Below, one piece after another: positions 23,071 to 37,499 of a stretch of 60,414 nt of DNA (positions are counted from its first letter, which is position 1; each line of letters begins with the position of its first letter). The stretch is from positions 168,146,505 through 168,206,918 of the forward strand of contig NC_068982.1 in NCBI RefSeq assembly GCF_001194135.2, written 5' to 3'. This stretch comes from Octopus bimaculoides. Taxonomy: Eukaryota. The position numbers and the translations under genes are program-made. The notes under the pieces are model-generated. The model saw nothing but the letters and a program-made list of their open reading frames with translations, was not told the DNA's origin and ran no database searches.

Positions 23071-25049
23071 AAGAATAATAATGTATATGATTAAGATGCC
23101 TGTTATACCTTGGCGTTTGTTCTCCTCTTTCACAGATATATATATATATATATATATATANNNNNNNNNNNNNNNNNNNNNNNNNNNNNNNNNNNNNNNN
23201 NNNNNNNNNNNNNNNNNNNNNNNNNNNNNNNNNNNNNNNNNNNNNNNNNNNNNNNNNNNNNNNNNNNNNNNNNNNNNNNNNNNNNNNNNNNNNNNNNNNN
23301 NNNNNNNNNNNNNNNNNNNNNNNNNNNNNNNNNNNNNNNNNNNNNNNNNNNNNNNNNNNNNNNNNNNNNNNNNNNNNNNNNNNNNNNNNNNNNNNNNNNN
23401 NNNNNNNNNNNNNNNNNNNNNNNNNNNNNNNNNNNNNNNNNNNNNNNNNNNNNNNNNNNNNNNNNNNNNNNNNNNNNNNNNNNNNNNNNNNNNNNNNNNN
23501 NNNNNNNNNNNNNNNNNNNNNNNNNNNNNNNNNNNNNNNNNNNNNNNNNNNNNNNNNNNNNNNNNNNNNNNNNNNNNNNNNNNNNNNNNNNNNNNNNNNN
23601 NNNNNNNNNNNNNNNNNNNNNNNNNNNNNNNNNNNNNNNNNNNNNNNNNNNNNNNNNNNNNNNNNNNNNNNNNNNNNNNNNNNNNNNNNNNNNNNNNNNN
23701 NNNNNNNNNNNNNNNNNNNNNNNNNNNNNNNNNNNNNNNNNNNNNNNNNNNNNNNNNNNNNNNNNATATATATTTTAAATGTATACGGAAGGAATGAAAT
23801 AAAAAGTGAGAACTATAGTAGATTTTACTTAATAGAAAGAGAATAACAGAACTCTATGAAAAACAAGTTTCTTTTTCAATAATTGGCTTTTCAAATTTCA
23901 AATTGAATTTATATTCCATTTTATATACATTGTGCTTCTAATGCATTCTTCCATTTCTTTTTCTGTATTCAGAACAGAAAAACATTATCAAAGAAGAAAA
24001 ATGATTGAGTTTTTTTATTCAATATTATTTTCATTTCTAGGTAGCATTGTTTTGGAAAACTGACGTAGTTTTAATGGATTCTGATTTTAAATTACAGTAT
24101 TACTTAAGTGAACACTCAGCTTTCTACACTTCGAAATATCTGCAATGTGTATATGATAAAATATATGCAGTCTATACTTTCGTTCCCCATTTATTGATAT
24201 TGAACTACCTGTGTACACACACACACACATATACATTCTATATCTATCTATCTATATATCTATCTATCTATATATNNNNNNNNNNNNNNNNNNNNNNNNN
24301 NNNNNNNNNNNNNNNNNNNNNNNNNNNNNNNNNNNNNNNNNNNNNNNNNNNNNNNNNNNNNNNNNNNNNNNNNNNNNNNNNNNNNNNNNNNNNNNNNNNN
24401 NNNNNNNNNNNNNNNNNNNNNNNNNNNNNNNNNNNNNNNNNNNNNNNNNNNNNNNNNNNNNNNNNNNNNNNNNNNNNNNNNNNNNNNNNNNNNNNNNNNN
24501 NNNNNNNNNNNNNNNNNNNNNNNNNNNNNNNNNNNNNNNNNNNNNNNNNNNNNNNNNNNNNNNNNNNNNNNNNNNNNNNNNNNNNNNNNNNNNNNNNNNN
24601 NNNNNNNNNNNNNNNNNNNNTATATATATATATGTAAGGGTAAAAATAATTAAAAATAATAATTCATGCCAGTGGTTAGCATGCGTAAAAAAGGTCAGAA
24701 GACATAAATATTTTTATAATATATATGAGGGTATGAGTGTATAAAATTTATACACGGAAAGAAGAGCACTTGTACAAAGATGGAACAAAATACGCACGTG
24801 TTTACTTTGTGTTTTCGGTACGTATTATAGTTTCATAATTATATATTTTCCAGCGACTCTACTGACGAGCTACGGATGGTTAATTCATCAATTAATTAAC
24901 TAATAAATCGATTTATTTGATCAATAATGATGAAACTCTGGGGCATAGAGTTAACTGAGATGTTTCTTCATTCAAGTGTCCTGCTCGCTTACAAGCAATG
25001 TGTAATAAATAAGAATGTTGTTTCATGGTTTGGGATTTGACTGCCCTTT

Positions 25050-26570
25050 TTAGCATGTAACAAGTCCACTTTGTGAGGGGAGATCATCGCTCACATCTCT
25101 AGCCTTGCATGATACACACAGACTCGAGTTTCTCGGCTGTTACCCGTCCACAGCGTGTGTTAATCACCAGCTAGTGATAAATTCTTTATGACCAAAAGAT
25201 CTAAGACCTCCTTTCACCTCGTTTTCCGTATGCACTCTTTCAAAACTGCAACTGCGCATAACAAACATGCCTCACCTTCCTTTGACAGTCTGGGTGGCAG
25301 TACAATCTTAATCATACACTCAGCTGATAACTGTACCCTTCTTAAATGTGACAACACGTGTTCCGCATAAACTATCAAGCCTGAAATCTCCGGACACTGA
25401 ACAAGGGCGTTCAGAATGATTTCATCATCCTGCCCATAACTTTGGCATGCCGGTGGTACAGACACCCCATGCCTAGACAGTATGTCACGACAGACTTACC
25501 ACATCCCAATTCATTGGGGATGCCTCCCAAATTCGCAAGCCTCCGCAGCAATTGCTCAAGAGCCAGTACGTACAGAAGCGGAGACAAGGGAACCCCTGAC
25601 AAACGGAGCACTCGATCTTAAACGGCACCGACAGGTAACCGTTTATCTGAACTGTAGATATGATGCCCCCATGAATGGCAATGATCCAGCCACGGAAGTC
25701 TGGGACCAGCCCAGCTGCCTCGTGGATTGCTGCCAGGTACTGGTGGTCTAACTTATCAAAAGTTTCACTCTGGTCTAAATGGACCAGTTCCCTACCTTTA
25801 CCGGATAACTTACCCACACTGTCTAAGGCGTGGCGCAGGAGACAGAGTTTGTCCTGGATCGACCTACCTGGGATGGCGCATGTCTGCGCCTTCTCATCAA
25901 GTTTCTCCGCGACACGCGCCAAAGTTTTAGCTAACACCTCGGCCAAAATCTTTAACTCTACATTAAGTAGAGTTATGGGCCTAAAATTACTGATATGATC
26001 CTCCTTGCTCGGGTTTTTTCTGATCAGCGTCACCACGCCCCGAGTCACAGAGCTGGGAATCCTCCCATTCTGCTGCCAGTGTGTGCAAACGCAGGCCAGC
26101 AAAAAAGGTCCGACAAACTACAATAAAATTCAAAGCCAGACCATCCAACCCCGGCGATTTGTCCTTGGCGCACTCAGCCAGTACCTCTTCAACCTCCGTA
26201 GCCATAATCGACCCTTCACAGCATTCCGCCTCCCATGCCGGGACTCGCGGCCCACCGACGAGGAAGTCGTTTAGAGGCTTCCCTGACTATCCAACGACGT
26301 GCCCATCGGCAACGTTAATACCTTCTTTTTCCGCCGCACGAAGTTTAACTATGACCTTACGTCCTTCGTGTTTAGCTTGAGATGACAGTACAAAACCTCT
26401 CTCGCCGCCATCACTCTTGATGCAGTGCCAGACTCCCAGGCCTCATCTGATTCCTTAGTTAACGTCTCTTCTATTCTAGTCTTATCTAGACTTAACTGCT
26501 TGCTAAATCTAATAGACTCAGAACGAATAGCTCGTTTGAGGGCGCACCAGAAAAAAAGCGTAGACAACTA
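25050..26570 (-). mobile_element. Tx1/L1-clade LINE ORF2 fragment (linker plus RT domains, frameshifted, YADD region deleted)
   Basis: W.ALKRAIRSESI..S, KSPGLDGL, RGVVTLIRK...ISNFRPITLLNVELKILA, QTCAIPGRSI, LDQ..TFDKLDH.YL, PLSPLLYVLALE and post-RT PP..L residues. Confidence 0.9.
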
Positions 26571-28238
26571 ACAGTATCCCTATCTCTATCTCTAACAAGA
26601 ATCCTGTCTAAATAAGATCTGCATGAACCGTCGTTATTAGACCACGTCCATTGTGGAGCGAGCCAGCCTATGTAGATTTGGAGATACTTTCAAACTGTGA
26701 TAGCGCTCGGTCATGCATGCACATTTGCCAGTATCGTCGAATTTACAACTGGAATATCATGCCGATGAGGTAATGAAGAGTTTTTCCTTCTAAACCAGAA
26801 ACATGTATATGATTAACTATGGCTAGTTTAGTTCGTTATTTTTCTTCTTGTTTTGCCTATGTGAGTTGCGGGTAATTGCCATCTGTTGGAGTCTCAGCAA
26901 TTTAGCTGCTATTTCTGAACTTCGGTATGTGGTGAAGCAACCTGTTGCTGATCCCTTAATTTTGTTTATAAATGTATAAGAACTTTTAAATAAGTTCCTC
27001 ACCGATAATGGTGTTTACATACCGAAGGTCTTGGTAAAAATTATTAATTATTAATTTATTAATAAATTAATAAANNNNNNNNNNNNNNNNNNNNNNNNNN
27101 NNNNNNNNNNNNNNNNNNNNNNNNNNNNNNNNNNNNNNNNNNNNNNNNNNNNNNNNNNNNNNNNNNNNNNNNNNNNNNNNNNNNNNNNNNNNNNNNNNNN
27201 NNNNNNNNNNNNNNNNNNNNNNNNNNNNNNNNNNNNNNNNNNNNNNNNNNNNNNNNNNNNNNNNNNNNNNNNNNNNNNNNNNNNNNNNNNNNNNNNNNNN
27301 NNNNNNNNNNNNNNNNNNNNNNNNNNNNNNNNNNNNNNNNNNNNNNNNNNNNNNNNNNNNNNNNNNNNNNNNNNNNNNNNNNNNNNNNNNNNNNNNNNNN
27401 NNNNNNNNNNNNNNNNNNNNNNNNNNNNNNNNNNNNNNNNNNNNNNNNNNNNNNNNNNNNNNNNNNNNNNNNNNNNNNNNNNNNNNNNNNNNNNNNNNNN
27501 NNNNNNNNNNNNNNNNNNNNNNNNNNNNNNNNNNNNNNNNNNNNNNNNNNNNNNNNNNNNNNNNNNNNNNNNNNNNNNNNNNNNNNNNNNNNNNNNNNNN
27601 NNNNNNNNNNNNNNNNNNNNNNNNNNNNNNNNNNNNNNNNNNNNNNNNNNNNNNNNNNNNNNNNNNNNNNNNNNNNNNNNNNNNNNNNNNNNNNNNNNNN
27701 NNNNNNNNNNNNNNNNNNNNNNNNNNNNNNNNNNNNNNNNNNNNNNNNTATATATATATATACGTATGAATATTAAATGTGTATATAAACATATATTACG
27801 TGTATTTATAAATATATATATATAATCATATATATATATATAAGCATATATATATATATATATATATATGCGTTTGTGTATGTGTGTATGTGTATGTGTG
27901 TACGTGTATGCATCCATGCATGCGCAAATATGTAATAAGTTGTAATTTCGTAATATGATCACTACATAAATCTGAAAATTTGATGGTACATTAATTTTAT
28001 AGATGTCAAATATCTCAAGTGGCCCTGTAAAGTGATTTTGCTCCTCTCCATCTTCCGACTTACATGTTTCAATCAGTTCTACGTTACGTTGACATTTTTA
28101 GTCTAAATCTTATGTTGAGACTTATAATATATTCTAGTATATTTAATTTACTGAGTAATTTACTCTATAACATACACACACAGTAAAATTCACACACACA
28201 CACACACATATATATATTTATATATGTATGTATATATG

Positions 28239-28273
<35 letters not shown>

Positions 28274-30304
28274 TCGTACATACTTATGTATATTGTACAT
28301 AAACACATGCAACTTTACCTATATGTGTGACTGTGTTTGTGCCTATGTGCATGTGTGCATTTATATTGTATCATTTCAATAGGAAATGTAACTGCGTATT
28401 CGTGTGCACTGCGTCGGCCTTTACGGGTTTTACTTGGTTAATGGTGGGTTTACATATGAACACAATCCTGTATTTGCGTTCTGCATTCTGAAATAACCTT
28501 TATATTTATTCTGTGGAACGATATACTTACTTACATACATACATACATATATACACACATACATACATACATGTATACATACATACGTACATGCATACAT
28601 ACATATTAATACATGTGCGTGCGTGTGTATCTGTGTTTGTGCGTGCGTGCGTGTGTTACACATCTTATAAAAAAATCTTTATTTGTTTATGGATAATCAT
28701 CGTTTCAAACATTTGCTTTTTGTATAACTTTTTGCATAGGTTTTTTATTTTGCAGAGTTTGCTAAAATGTCAATATCAAATTCTACTTAGATCATAGTGC
28801 AGCGGCAAAATTTGTGTTTATTGCTAGCTCAAATAGCGAGCGTCGTTCTTTATGGATCGCTCAATATTATCGTTTTTATAAATTGTAACTAGCAGGAAGT
28901 GATGTAGTCCAATTTAAAGAAATAACAATTTGAAGAAATTAACTACATTATTGAATCATTGCATCGTTGTTGTATTTACTTAAGCTTACGTAAAACCTGA
29001 TCGAGTAAACATATAATAGATGAATGACAGCCTTGTCTAACTCGCCAGTTTCTTTTTACATAGTGTTTATACCACCTTGTTGGTTTTCGGTTTTATAAAC
29101 CATCGGGCGTGATTTAATCGTAGCTTGACAATGATTTCTAGCAGATCGCATGACCAGGTAGAAAGTGTCGTTGTATCATCTTGTCATTTATTTCAGACAT
29201 ATTGTAAATTGTGTTGAATGGAGGAAAAGTTTGCCACTTCATTAGGTCTCAATGGTAATAGACTGGCAGAAACTGTGGTGTGAGGGCATAGTATTTATTT
29301 AAATATGTAATTCTTTTATATTTGTACTTGTTACACTATATTATCGAATGTCTTCAGTATTTTGTCAATTATTCATACCAATCTACATACTAATCTACTA
29401 TTTTAACTCGGGAGAAGCCTAGGTTTCTAGGAGTAATGTATGTGTTTTTGCATCTATTCCAAAATAGTGTATTATCTTTATATTCTGTTATCATTCCTCG
29501 TGAGATATGTCAACATCGATGCCATTCGAAATCAGAAATTCAATATTAGTGTGATTTTCTACACTTCTGAAATGTAATCTTTGAATTTCGAACAGTGTTC
29601 AGCTCCCGAAAATAATAATAATAATAATAATAAAAAACAGAAAACCTGTTTCGTTGTATATTCTGCATCAAATGCCAATGCTATTGGTCCTCTGAAAATG
29701 TCTCGTCCAAATGAAATGAAAAATTGAATAAAATATTGTTAAAAAATACAAACGTACAATATCAGTGTTATTAGGTGATATTCTGCAATGTTTATTCCTT
29801 TCTTAAGAATAATAGCAATATAATATACTTAAGGAACAGTAACTATACTGGTCCGTATACACAACTGTTCAAAATCTTACCATCTACTCTCGGCCTGAAA
29901 AACATGATACGAAAATAATGTTCATGCATGTTTACATTTTTTTTATTTTACTTATGGTCTATTATGGTATATATAATATATTATGAACAATATACCACTT
30001 ATGATATATTATTTTCTTTTTTGCAAATATATAGAAAAGTAAAATAATAACATTGAAATAGTATCGATCTCCTACATAAGCATAAGACCACAAGGTTTTA
30101 AAAGGGGAGTATAATGACTAAATTTCACTCTGAATTGCATGTGTAATTAAACTAGTACTTTCCTTGAACAATTGTGAAGAGCTATGCATTAAACGATATC
30201 GCCACCGAAAGAGGGTTCAGTCCAACAGGTTACAGTACATTTGATTCTCTTTTCAAGAACCTAGTCGCTATATATATTTATTTTACCGACTCTCGAGTGT
30301 GATA

Positions 30305-30413
30305 ATAGGCTATGTCGACCTTGCCGGAACTTAAATTCAGAATGGGAAGACGGACGAAATTCCGCTAAGCATTTTGCCAGGCGTCCTAACAATTCTGTCA
30401 GCACGCTGTCTTA
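30305..30413 (-). mobile_element. SINE family A, 5' part
   Basis: Reverse complement has the head, AAAATGCTTAGCGG and GGTCGAC. Confidence 0.75.
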
Positions 30414-31885
30414 AAAAACGTTATGATATTAAAATAGAAGTTAATATATGCGGCAAAAAAGTAAATATGGCACGATCAATCAATAAGTAGTAATAAAAAT
30501 CATAATAAATCATGAATTATTAAATTTGTAAAAATTATAGCCTAGTGTGATAGATTCATGTATGTATATATACGCATATATGTGTGTGTGTGTGTGTATG
30601 TATGTATATATATATATATATACATACACACAAATATTAATTATATATATACAAGTATTAATTGCATATATGTGTGTGTGTGTGGGTGTGTACCCACAAA
30701 TATAATTAAATATGTCTATACAAATATGCATATATATGTATAATATGTATGTACGTGTGCGTGTGTGGCATACATATATTTAAACACACATATGTCAGCA
30801 TATATGTACATATGAAAATCATATACATAAACACACCCACGTATAGACATTTAAACGGACAGCTCCATATATCTTAAGAACGCAATGCGATGAAAATAAA
30901 AAATAAAATCACGAAATCTGCATAATTGTATCTAATGTGAAGCATAGACTCATGAACCGGTATATTAATGAATTCACACACATATATTCAAATACAAACA
31001 CTATATCAGACAAATTCTATGTAAGTGAAAATAACATATAAAAATTTAAAAACACTTTATATCTAAGAAAATAAATGTAACGTTAAGGAAGGGGTATGTT
31101 TAATTACAATCCAATAAAATGAAATGGAGATTACTATTTGGAAATTTGCAGACAATTTTTTTTAATTCAGTAGAGTTTGAGAAAGCTATTTTCTGGTCAA
31201 GATTTAGTAATTTGGGATATATTTTGCATTTACATTTAATATTCTATAAACACACGTATCACTGTTTATTCCTATTGTTCACGGGTGTAATATTTTGTGG
31301 AATAAGACTTCACAGAATGAAGTTGAGGAATCCTTACATAAATATTCATCAGTGGACATACTCGATAGTCTAAGTGATACGTTAGGGAGAGACTGGTGGT
31401 GTTTAAATGCTTATTAATTTCGAGTAACACTTCATTGTGTTTGTATAATGAAGAATATAGATTACGAGCTAGATTAAAAATACCGTTTTATAATTTAACC
31501 TTCTAGTATTCAGATTACTCTGTCAAATGTAATATTTATTCACATTATTTAAATCTAATCATGGATTATCATGTAGCTTTTTTATTTTTAGAATCACGTT
31601 GCAGGGTAGTGGAGAGAGGTTAGATTTGCCCAGTTTGAACATAAAACAAATATGATATTTGGACAGGATATGGCTAGTTTGAATGTTAAGGGGTTGAATA
31701 TAGAGTTAAGGTGGCAAGTAATCACTGATACTTAAAAGATGCTAAACGTTTTTATAAAATCCTCTCGACGGATTAGAGATCACCTTCTCTTAAGAAACAT
31801 GAGACAGTTGTCTTTGTACCCAACAAATTTCAAAAATGGAGATTTACGTTTAAGACTGGTTAGTAACAATAAGCTGATAAGGTTT

Positions 31886-32127
31886 CTCTTTTACTCTTTT
31901 ACTTGTTTCAATCAGTTGACTGCGACCATGCTGGAGCACCGCCTTTAGTCGAGCAAATAGACCCCAGGACTTATTCTTTGTAAGCCTAGTACTTAATCTA
32001 TCGGTTTCTTTTGCCGAACCGCTAAGATACAGGGACGTAAACAAACCACCATCGGTTGTTAAGCGACGTTGGGAGGACAAACACAGACACACAAACATAT
32101 ATATACACACATATATACATATATATG
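31886..32127 (-). mobile_element. SINE family B, 3' half with internal microsatellite
   Basis: Reverse complement matches 9329-9525. Confidence 0.9.
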
Positions 32128-32149
32128 ACAATCTTGAGCTAGTGAGTTC

Positions 32150-32385
32150 AATTCACTCAGCTGTAGAAATGAGCTGCGAAGTCACTGGTGCCAAGGTGCA
32201 TCGGCCTCTGTTTTCCCCCTGGATAACGTTGGTGGCGTAGAGATGAGAGGCTGCTATGCATGGGCAACTGCTGGCCTTCCATAAACAAATTTGCCCGGAC
32301 TTGTGACTTGGATGGGAACTTTCTAGGTGCAATTCCATGGTCATTCATTACGGAAGGGTGTCTTTACACACATCATATTTTTTTT
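32150..32385 (+). mobile_element. Third dispersed repeat (SINE-like 3' part)
   Basis: Recognised from recall only (GTCACTGGTGCCAAG...CTTCCATAAACAA.TTGCCCGGACTTGTG...TTTCTAGGTGCAAT.CCATGGTCATTCAT); single copy here. Confidence 0.45.
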
Positions 32386-32974
32386 ATTTTTGTCTTACCT
32401 ATTGCTATCATCGAATATGCTAAATCATTCACCTTTATAGTTTGAAATATTAAGTTTCATTTCCTTATGATGGGTTTTTGCAAACTATTAGCTACCTTGT
32501 CTCTTAATTTGGCCTGTTACATATGATATAATATTTTCTGATTTGCTTGTATGTTTAAAATTCGTGCATTCAACTAGGACGTCGAATATGTAAAATAATA
32601 TTTGCAGACTTCTCCATTGAACAACTTAAATTTATGAATGCCTAGTCAAATTTCGAAATTTATGAAGTCAATATATGAGAAAATGCAAATATCCGTGATG
32701 CCTATAGGTTCGTGTAATTATTTGACATTTTCAGTTATCTTTGCTTCCAAACTCAACATACATTTTTGTAACTTTGCGTTAAATCCCTTAAATAATAAGG
32801 AATTATTTTTAAAAAGACCATGAATTTTAATATGAACCTTGCATCAACTATTCTTGTCTCAGAATTTGTCTCCCAATGTCGTAAATTATTTGGTATATTC
32901 CGGTTCTTACGCATTTTCAAAAGCTGTATTATTTCCTTCATTGGGGAGGTCAAATTCATCATTCGTCACGTCTA

Positions 32975-33062
32975 GATCGATATCATAAAGTACCAATCAA
33001 GTTCTGTGGGGTCGGTGTAATCGATTTTTTCTCACCCCTCAAAAAAAGTGTTGGCTTTGAAT
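32975..33062 (+). mobile_element. SINE family A 3' remnant
   Basis: TCGATA..ATAAAGTACCA.T.AAG..CTG.GGGGTCG.TGTAATCGA. Confidence 0.55.
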
Positions 33063-33182
33063 TCTGGGGCATCCCCCCGTATAGGGGGAATGTCGAGATC
33101 CCCGTGACTTACACACCATGGAAACCGTAGAACTGACCTGATGAGATCTACGGTTGAAGGATATATGTATGGAGATTTCAAG

Positions 33183-33390
33183 CTGAAAGGTTCCTGGCTT
33201 TAAGGGTCTCGGGAAAGGCCTTGTTGGAGGCCTAAGCTTCCGAATACTTCTACAGGGCTTAGAAAAATTGAAGGGCCGCAGCAAAAAGTGTGTGAAACTG
33301 AGAGGGAAATATGTTGAATAAAGTCGTAATTAACTGATCCTCCTGTATTTTCTTTTACCCCAAACCAAGAAACTTTCAGCACCCTCTCGT
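33183..33390 (+). mobile_element. Mariner-derived MITE (sibling of 12860), left TIR clipped
   Basis: GCTGAAA.GTTCCTGGCTTT ... AAACCAAGAAACTTTCAGCACCCTCTCGT. Confidence 0.78.
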
Positions 33391-33517
33391 GTGTGTGTGT
33401 ACACACACGCACACCCACATACAAACATACAAACATACATACATATGTATGTGTGTATGTGTGTATACGTGTAAATAAATGTATCAATATGTTTGTTAAT
33501 ATGTATGCATCTAGCAT

Positions 33518-33625
<108 letters not shown>

Positions 33626-33629
33626 TATA

Positions 33630-33832
33630 TGTTTGTGTATCTATGTTTGTCTCCCCACCATCGCTTGACAACCGATGTTTATGTGTTTACGTCCCCGTAA
33701 TTAGCGTTTCGACAAGAGACCGATAGAATAAGTACTAAGCTTACAAAAAATAACTACCGGTTGTTCGACTATAGGCTGCGCTCCAGCATGGCCTCAGTCA
33801 ACTGACCTCAAACAAGTAAAAGAATAAAAGAA
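33630..33832 (+). mobile_element. SINE family B, 3' half
   Basis: Matches 9329-9525. Confidence 0.88.
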
Positions 33833-35004
33833 TATATATATAATTATATATATATCAACTGTAATTCTAGAAATTTCAGGAATTATCATTGTTATTCATA
33901 TAATAACCTTTGCTTTAGTATGTTGTTTTAGCTGGGGGTCTTTTTATTACATAGTGTTCTTTACAATTCGTTTTGTACATACAGAAATCTATATAAACAT
34001 CATTCATATATAGTAATGAACTGTTTGACTTAATATTACACTTAATTAAGTATCTTAAGTTTTCAAAAGCCTTTTTCACTCCTATGTTTTGCTTAATTTT
34101 CTTTTATGTCGTGTTCTTCAATTACCGTATTTACATACAAATCTTTTGTATAAAATTATCCCAATCTGACTTTCCCACATCTTTTCCTATTTGTTCCCTC
34201 TGCACTGTAAACATGACTTTTGCAACTTTGAATTTAATGCAATACTTTTCATTAATTCAGATTTAACTGAGTTAGGATCTTTGAAGTTCTGTAAATTGGA
34301 ATTCCGATTTACTTACTACTCGCCTAATTATATCTTTCTACGCCTATTTATACTTCCGTTTAACTGGCTTGAATTGGCTTCCTACACTCTTTGAAGCCTC
34401 CAAAATTCAGTTTATACAAACATATTTCTCGGAATACATTATGATATTGACTGAATATTTATCATTATTTTGAATAGCATAATGTTCCAAGCTCAATATT
34501 GTTACCAATTGGTCAGTGATTGTTCAATTTGATTTTGAAATGCAACGACAGTGTCGTTCTCTTTGTCGAATTTAATAAAGAGTATAACGATCTTTTAATG
34601 TATCTTACGAATACAGCAATAGTAGTTCATCTTCTTTTCTTTCTTTTGTTTATACCATTCATCATTTTAGCATTTGTTTTTCTTTTCTTTTCTTTGTCCA
34701 CTTCTCCTTTTGTATCTGTAGCCGATTCTTTCTGCCATATATCCTTCAAAAACATACATATATATTGTACATAAACACGTATGTACGCGTGTGTATAAGT
34801 GTGTATGCATTAAAGTAAATTTGTTTTGTGTTTGTGCTTTGCTGTTTCGATAACGTGTACTACTTGTAAACAACATCACCATTAGAAAAAATAGTGTCTT
34901 TTATTTGCAATCCTCCGCGAAAAGGAAGATTGCAAATAAAAAGCAGTTAGTAGCTTTGGGCTTCATTAATGGGTACAGTAGCGAGTGCATAGATATACAT
35001 GTAT

Positions 35005-35043
<39 letters not shown>

Positions 35044-37365
35044 NNNNNNNNNNNNNNNNNNNNNNNNNNNNNNNNNNNNNNNNNNNNNNNNNNNNNNNNN
35101 NNNNNNNNNNNNNNNNNNNNNNNNNNNNNNNNNNNNNNNNNNNNNNNNNNNNNNNNNNNNNNNNNNNNNNNNNNNNNNNNNNNNNNNNNNNNNNNNNNNN
35201 NNNNNNNNNNNNNNNNNNNNNNNNNNNNNNNNNNNNNNNNNNNNNNNNNNNNNNNNNNNNNNNNNNNNNNNNNNNNNNNNNNNNNNNNNNNNNNNNNNNN
35301 NNNNNNNNNNNNNNNNNNNNNNNNNNNNNNNNNNNNNNNNNNNNNNNNNNNNNNNNNNNNNNNNNNNNNNNNNNNNNNNNNNNNNNNNNNNNNNNNNNNN
35401 NNNNNNNNNNNNNNNNNNNNNNNNNNNNNNNNNNNNNNNNNNNNNNNNNNNNNNNNNNNNNNNNNNNNNNNNNNNNNNNNNNNNNNNNNNNNNNNNNNNN
35501 NNNNNNNNNNNNNNNNNNNNNNNNNNNNNNNNNNNNNNNNNNNNNNNNNNNNNNNNNNNNNNNNNNNNNNNNNNNNNNNNNNNNNNNNNNNNNNNNNNNN
35601 NNNNNNNNNNNNNNNNNNNNNNNNNNNNNNNNNNNNNNNNNNNNNNNNNNNNNNNNNNNNNNNNNNNNNNNNNNNNNNNNNNNNNNNNNNNNNNNNNNNN
35701 NNNNNNNNNNNNNNNNNNNNNNNNNNNNNNNNNNNNNNNNNNNNNNNNNNNNNNNNNNNNNNNNNNNNNNNNNNNNNNNNNNNNNNNNNNNNNNNNNNNN
35801 NNNNNNNNNNNNNNNNNNNNNNNNNNNNNNNNNNNNNNNNNNNNNNNNNNNNNNNNNNNNNNNNNNNNNNNNNNNNNNNNNNNNNNNNNNNNNNNNNNNN
35901 NNNNNNNNNNNNNNNNNNNNNNNNNNNNNNNNNNNNNNNNNNNNNNNNNNNNNNNNNNNNNNNNNNNNNNNNNNNNNNNNNNNNNNNNNNNNNNNNNNNN
36001 NGTATTACTTATATTTGATTATGAGTATTAGTATTAATGCTCATAAATGATGGGCATGGAAAGAAATAAACCGAGTTTATCTACATTTAAGGAAAAGTAA
36101 GAAAATAGGGATAAATTGATAATTGATAAACATCAATTATTATTTATTGATTACAAAATGACAATATCTCATCTTACAGCTGTTTCTGTTCGCGCTATTT
36201 TGGGCATAATTAGGCTTAATTATTACAATAATAATAATTATTGTAAATAATTATTATAACGTAAACAGTGAAAATTCATCAGAGCAGAAAAATATTGGAA
36301 GAAAAAAGAAAAATAGAAAGGAAAATAAAAATCGAAAATAAGGATATACCAATTGATGTTACATGCTTACCCTCAGAAAACCTATCAACCGACTGAAAAG
36401 TTTAGTTATGCAGTTAGAATAGTTATAATACTTAGTGATACATGTCTATCTACGGAGAGGAGGAGGTTACTGCCGGCATAAGTTAAATATATAATAACTG
36501 TAGTAGTATCTTGGTTAGGTCATAAAGTAAAAAGTAAAAATATAAATATCAGGAGTTACAGAACTTAAAATGATGACAGTTATCAATAGTTTATTTATCA
36601 GTAATTAACTAATCGATTAGAATAATTAGATTAAATGAGGGGCATTTCAAAACCCTAAAATATATAATTTTAATCTGCATGCATGTTCGTATCAGCGCAT
36701 ATTATATATGTAACTGAAGGAGGATAAAATTAAGTACAGCATAATTTGGTCCATAGTAAGGCACGGGAAATCATACAATATCATTTCTAGGAGATGCCGT
36801 TTCTGCTCCGAGGAATCCCTAAATATTCTGTGGACTAATGTCCATTAATAAAATTTCTGAAAGACTGTCTATACGCAGTTAAATGTACTTTTGCATAATG
36901 CTGTGGGTATGATTTTGAGAAATTGTTAACATAATTTATTTTAAGGTATGGATGAATTAAGTTTAGTTTTAACCTCCCCATTCTTATAAACACAATTTAA
37001 CTCGCATTGTGAATGCACCAAACTACACGTGTGCGTATACTTACATTTTCGCGGATACTTGTATGAGCGAGTGTTCACGCGCTATGCGCCATGCACGCGA
37101 GGGCGTTTATATATCCATATTTATTAACGGTTATTTTTAATACTTTTCTCGTTGTATTGTGTGTTCGTTTCTTTCTAGCATCTGCGATTTTTATTTTTGA
37201 TTTTCCATGTAAATGAAGATATTCCCTTCGTTCTGCTACTTTTCTTTCTACGAAATGAGAAAATACATTGCACAACTGTTATTTTAACGAGTTGTGTCTA
37301 TTTATTTATCACCCGATAAGACATATCTGCACCGCCGGGATCTCCTGAACCTGTTGTTGAGTGTC

Positions 37366-37412
37366 CCACCCATGAGGGATCTATGCTAGATGTATCGAAA
37401 CAATTGTCGTAA
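37366..37412 (+). ncRNA. Decayed hammerhead-like motif (ACAAUUGU stem III)
   Basis: GAAA-C-aauu-G-UC is exact, but the upstream core is CCCAUGA and stem II is imperfect. Confidence 0.35.
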
Positions 37413-37467
37413 TAAATAGTAAAATCTCGTATATTCCATCTTCCGTGTTTCATTTACCATATATACG

Positions 37468-37499
<32 letters not shown>

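Noticed and set aside
28030-28110. Minus-strand GAAACAUGUA palindromic half-motif
   Set aside because: The upstream core would need several substitutions and the stems do not pair convincingly.
33118-33160. GAAA and CTGATGA close together with a 9 bp hairpin (possible type II hammerhead)
   Set aside because: Stems I and II cannot form in the required register.
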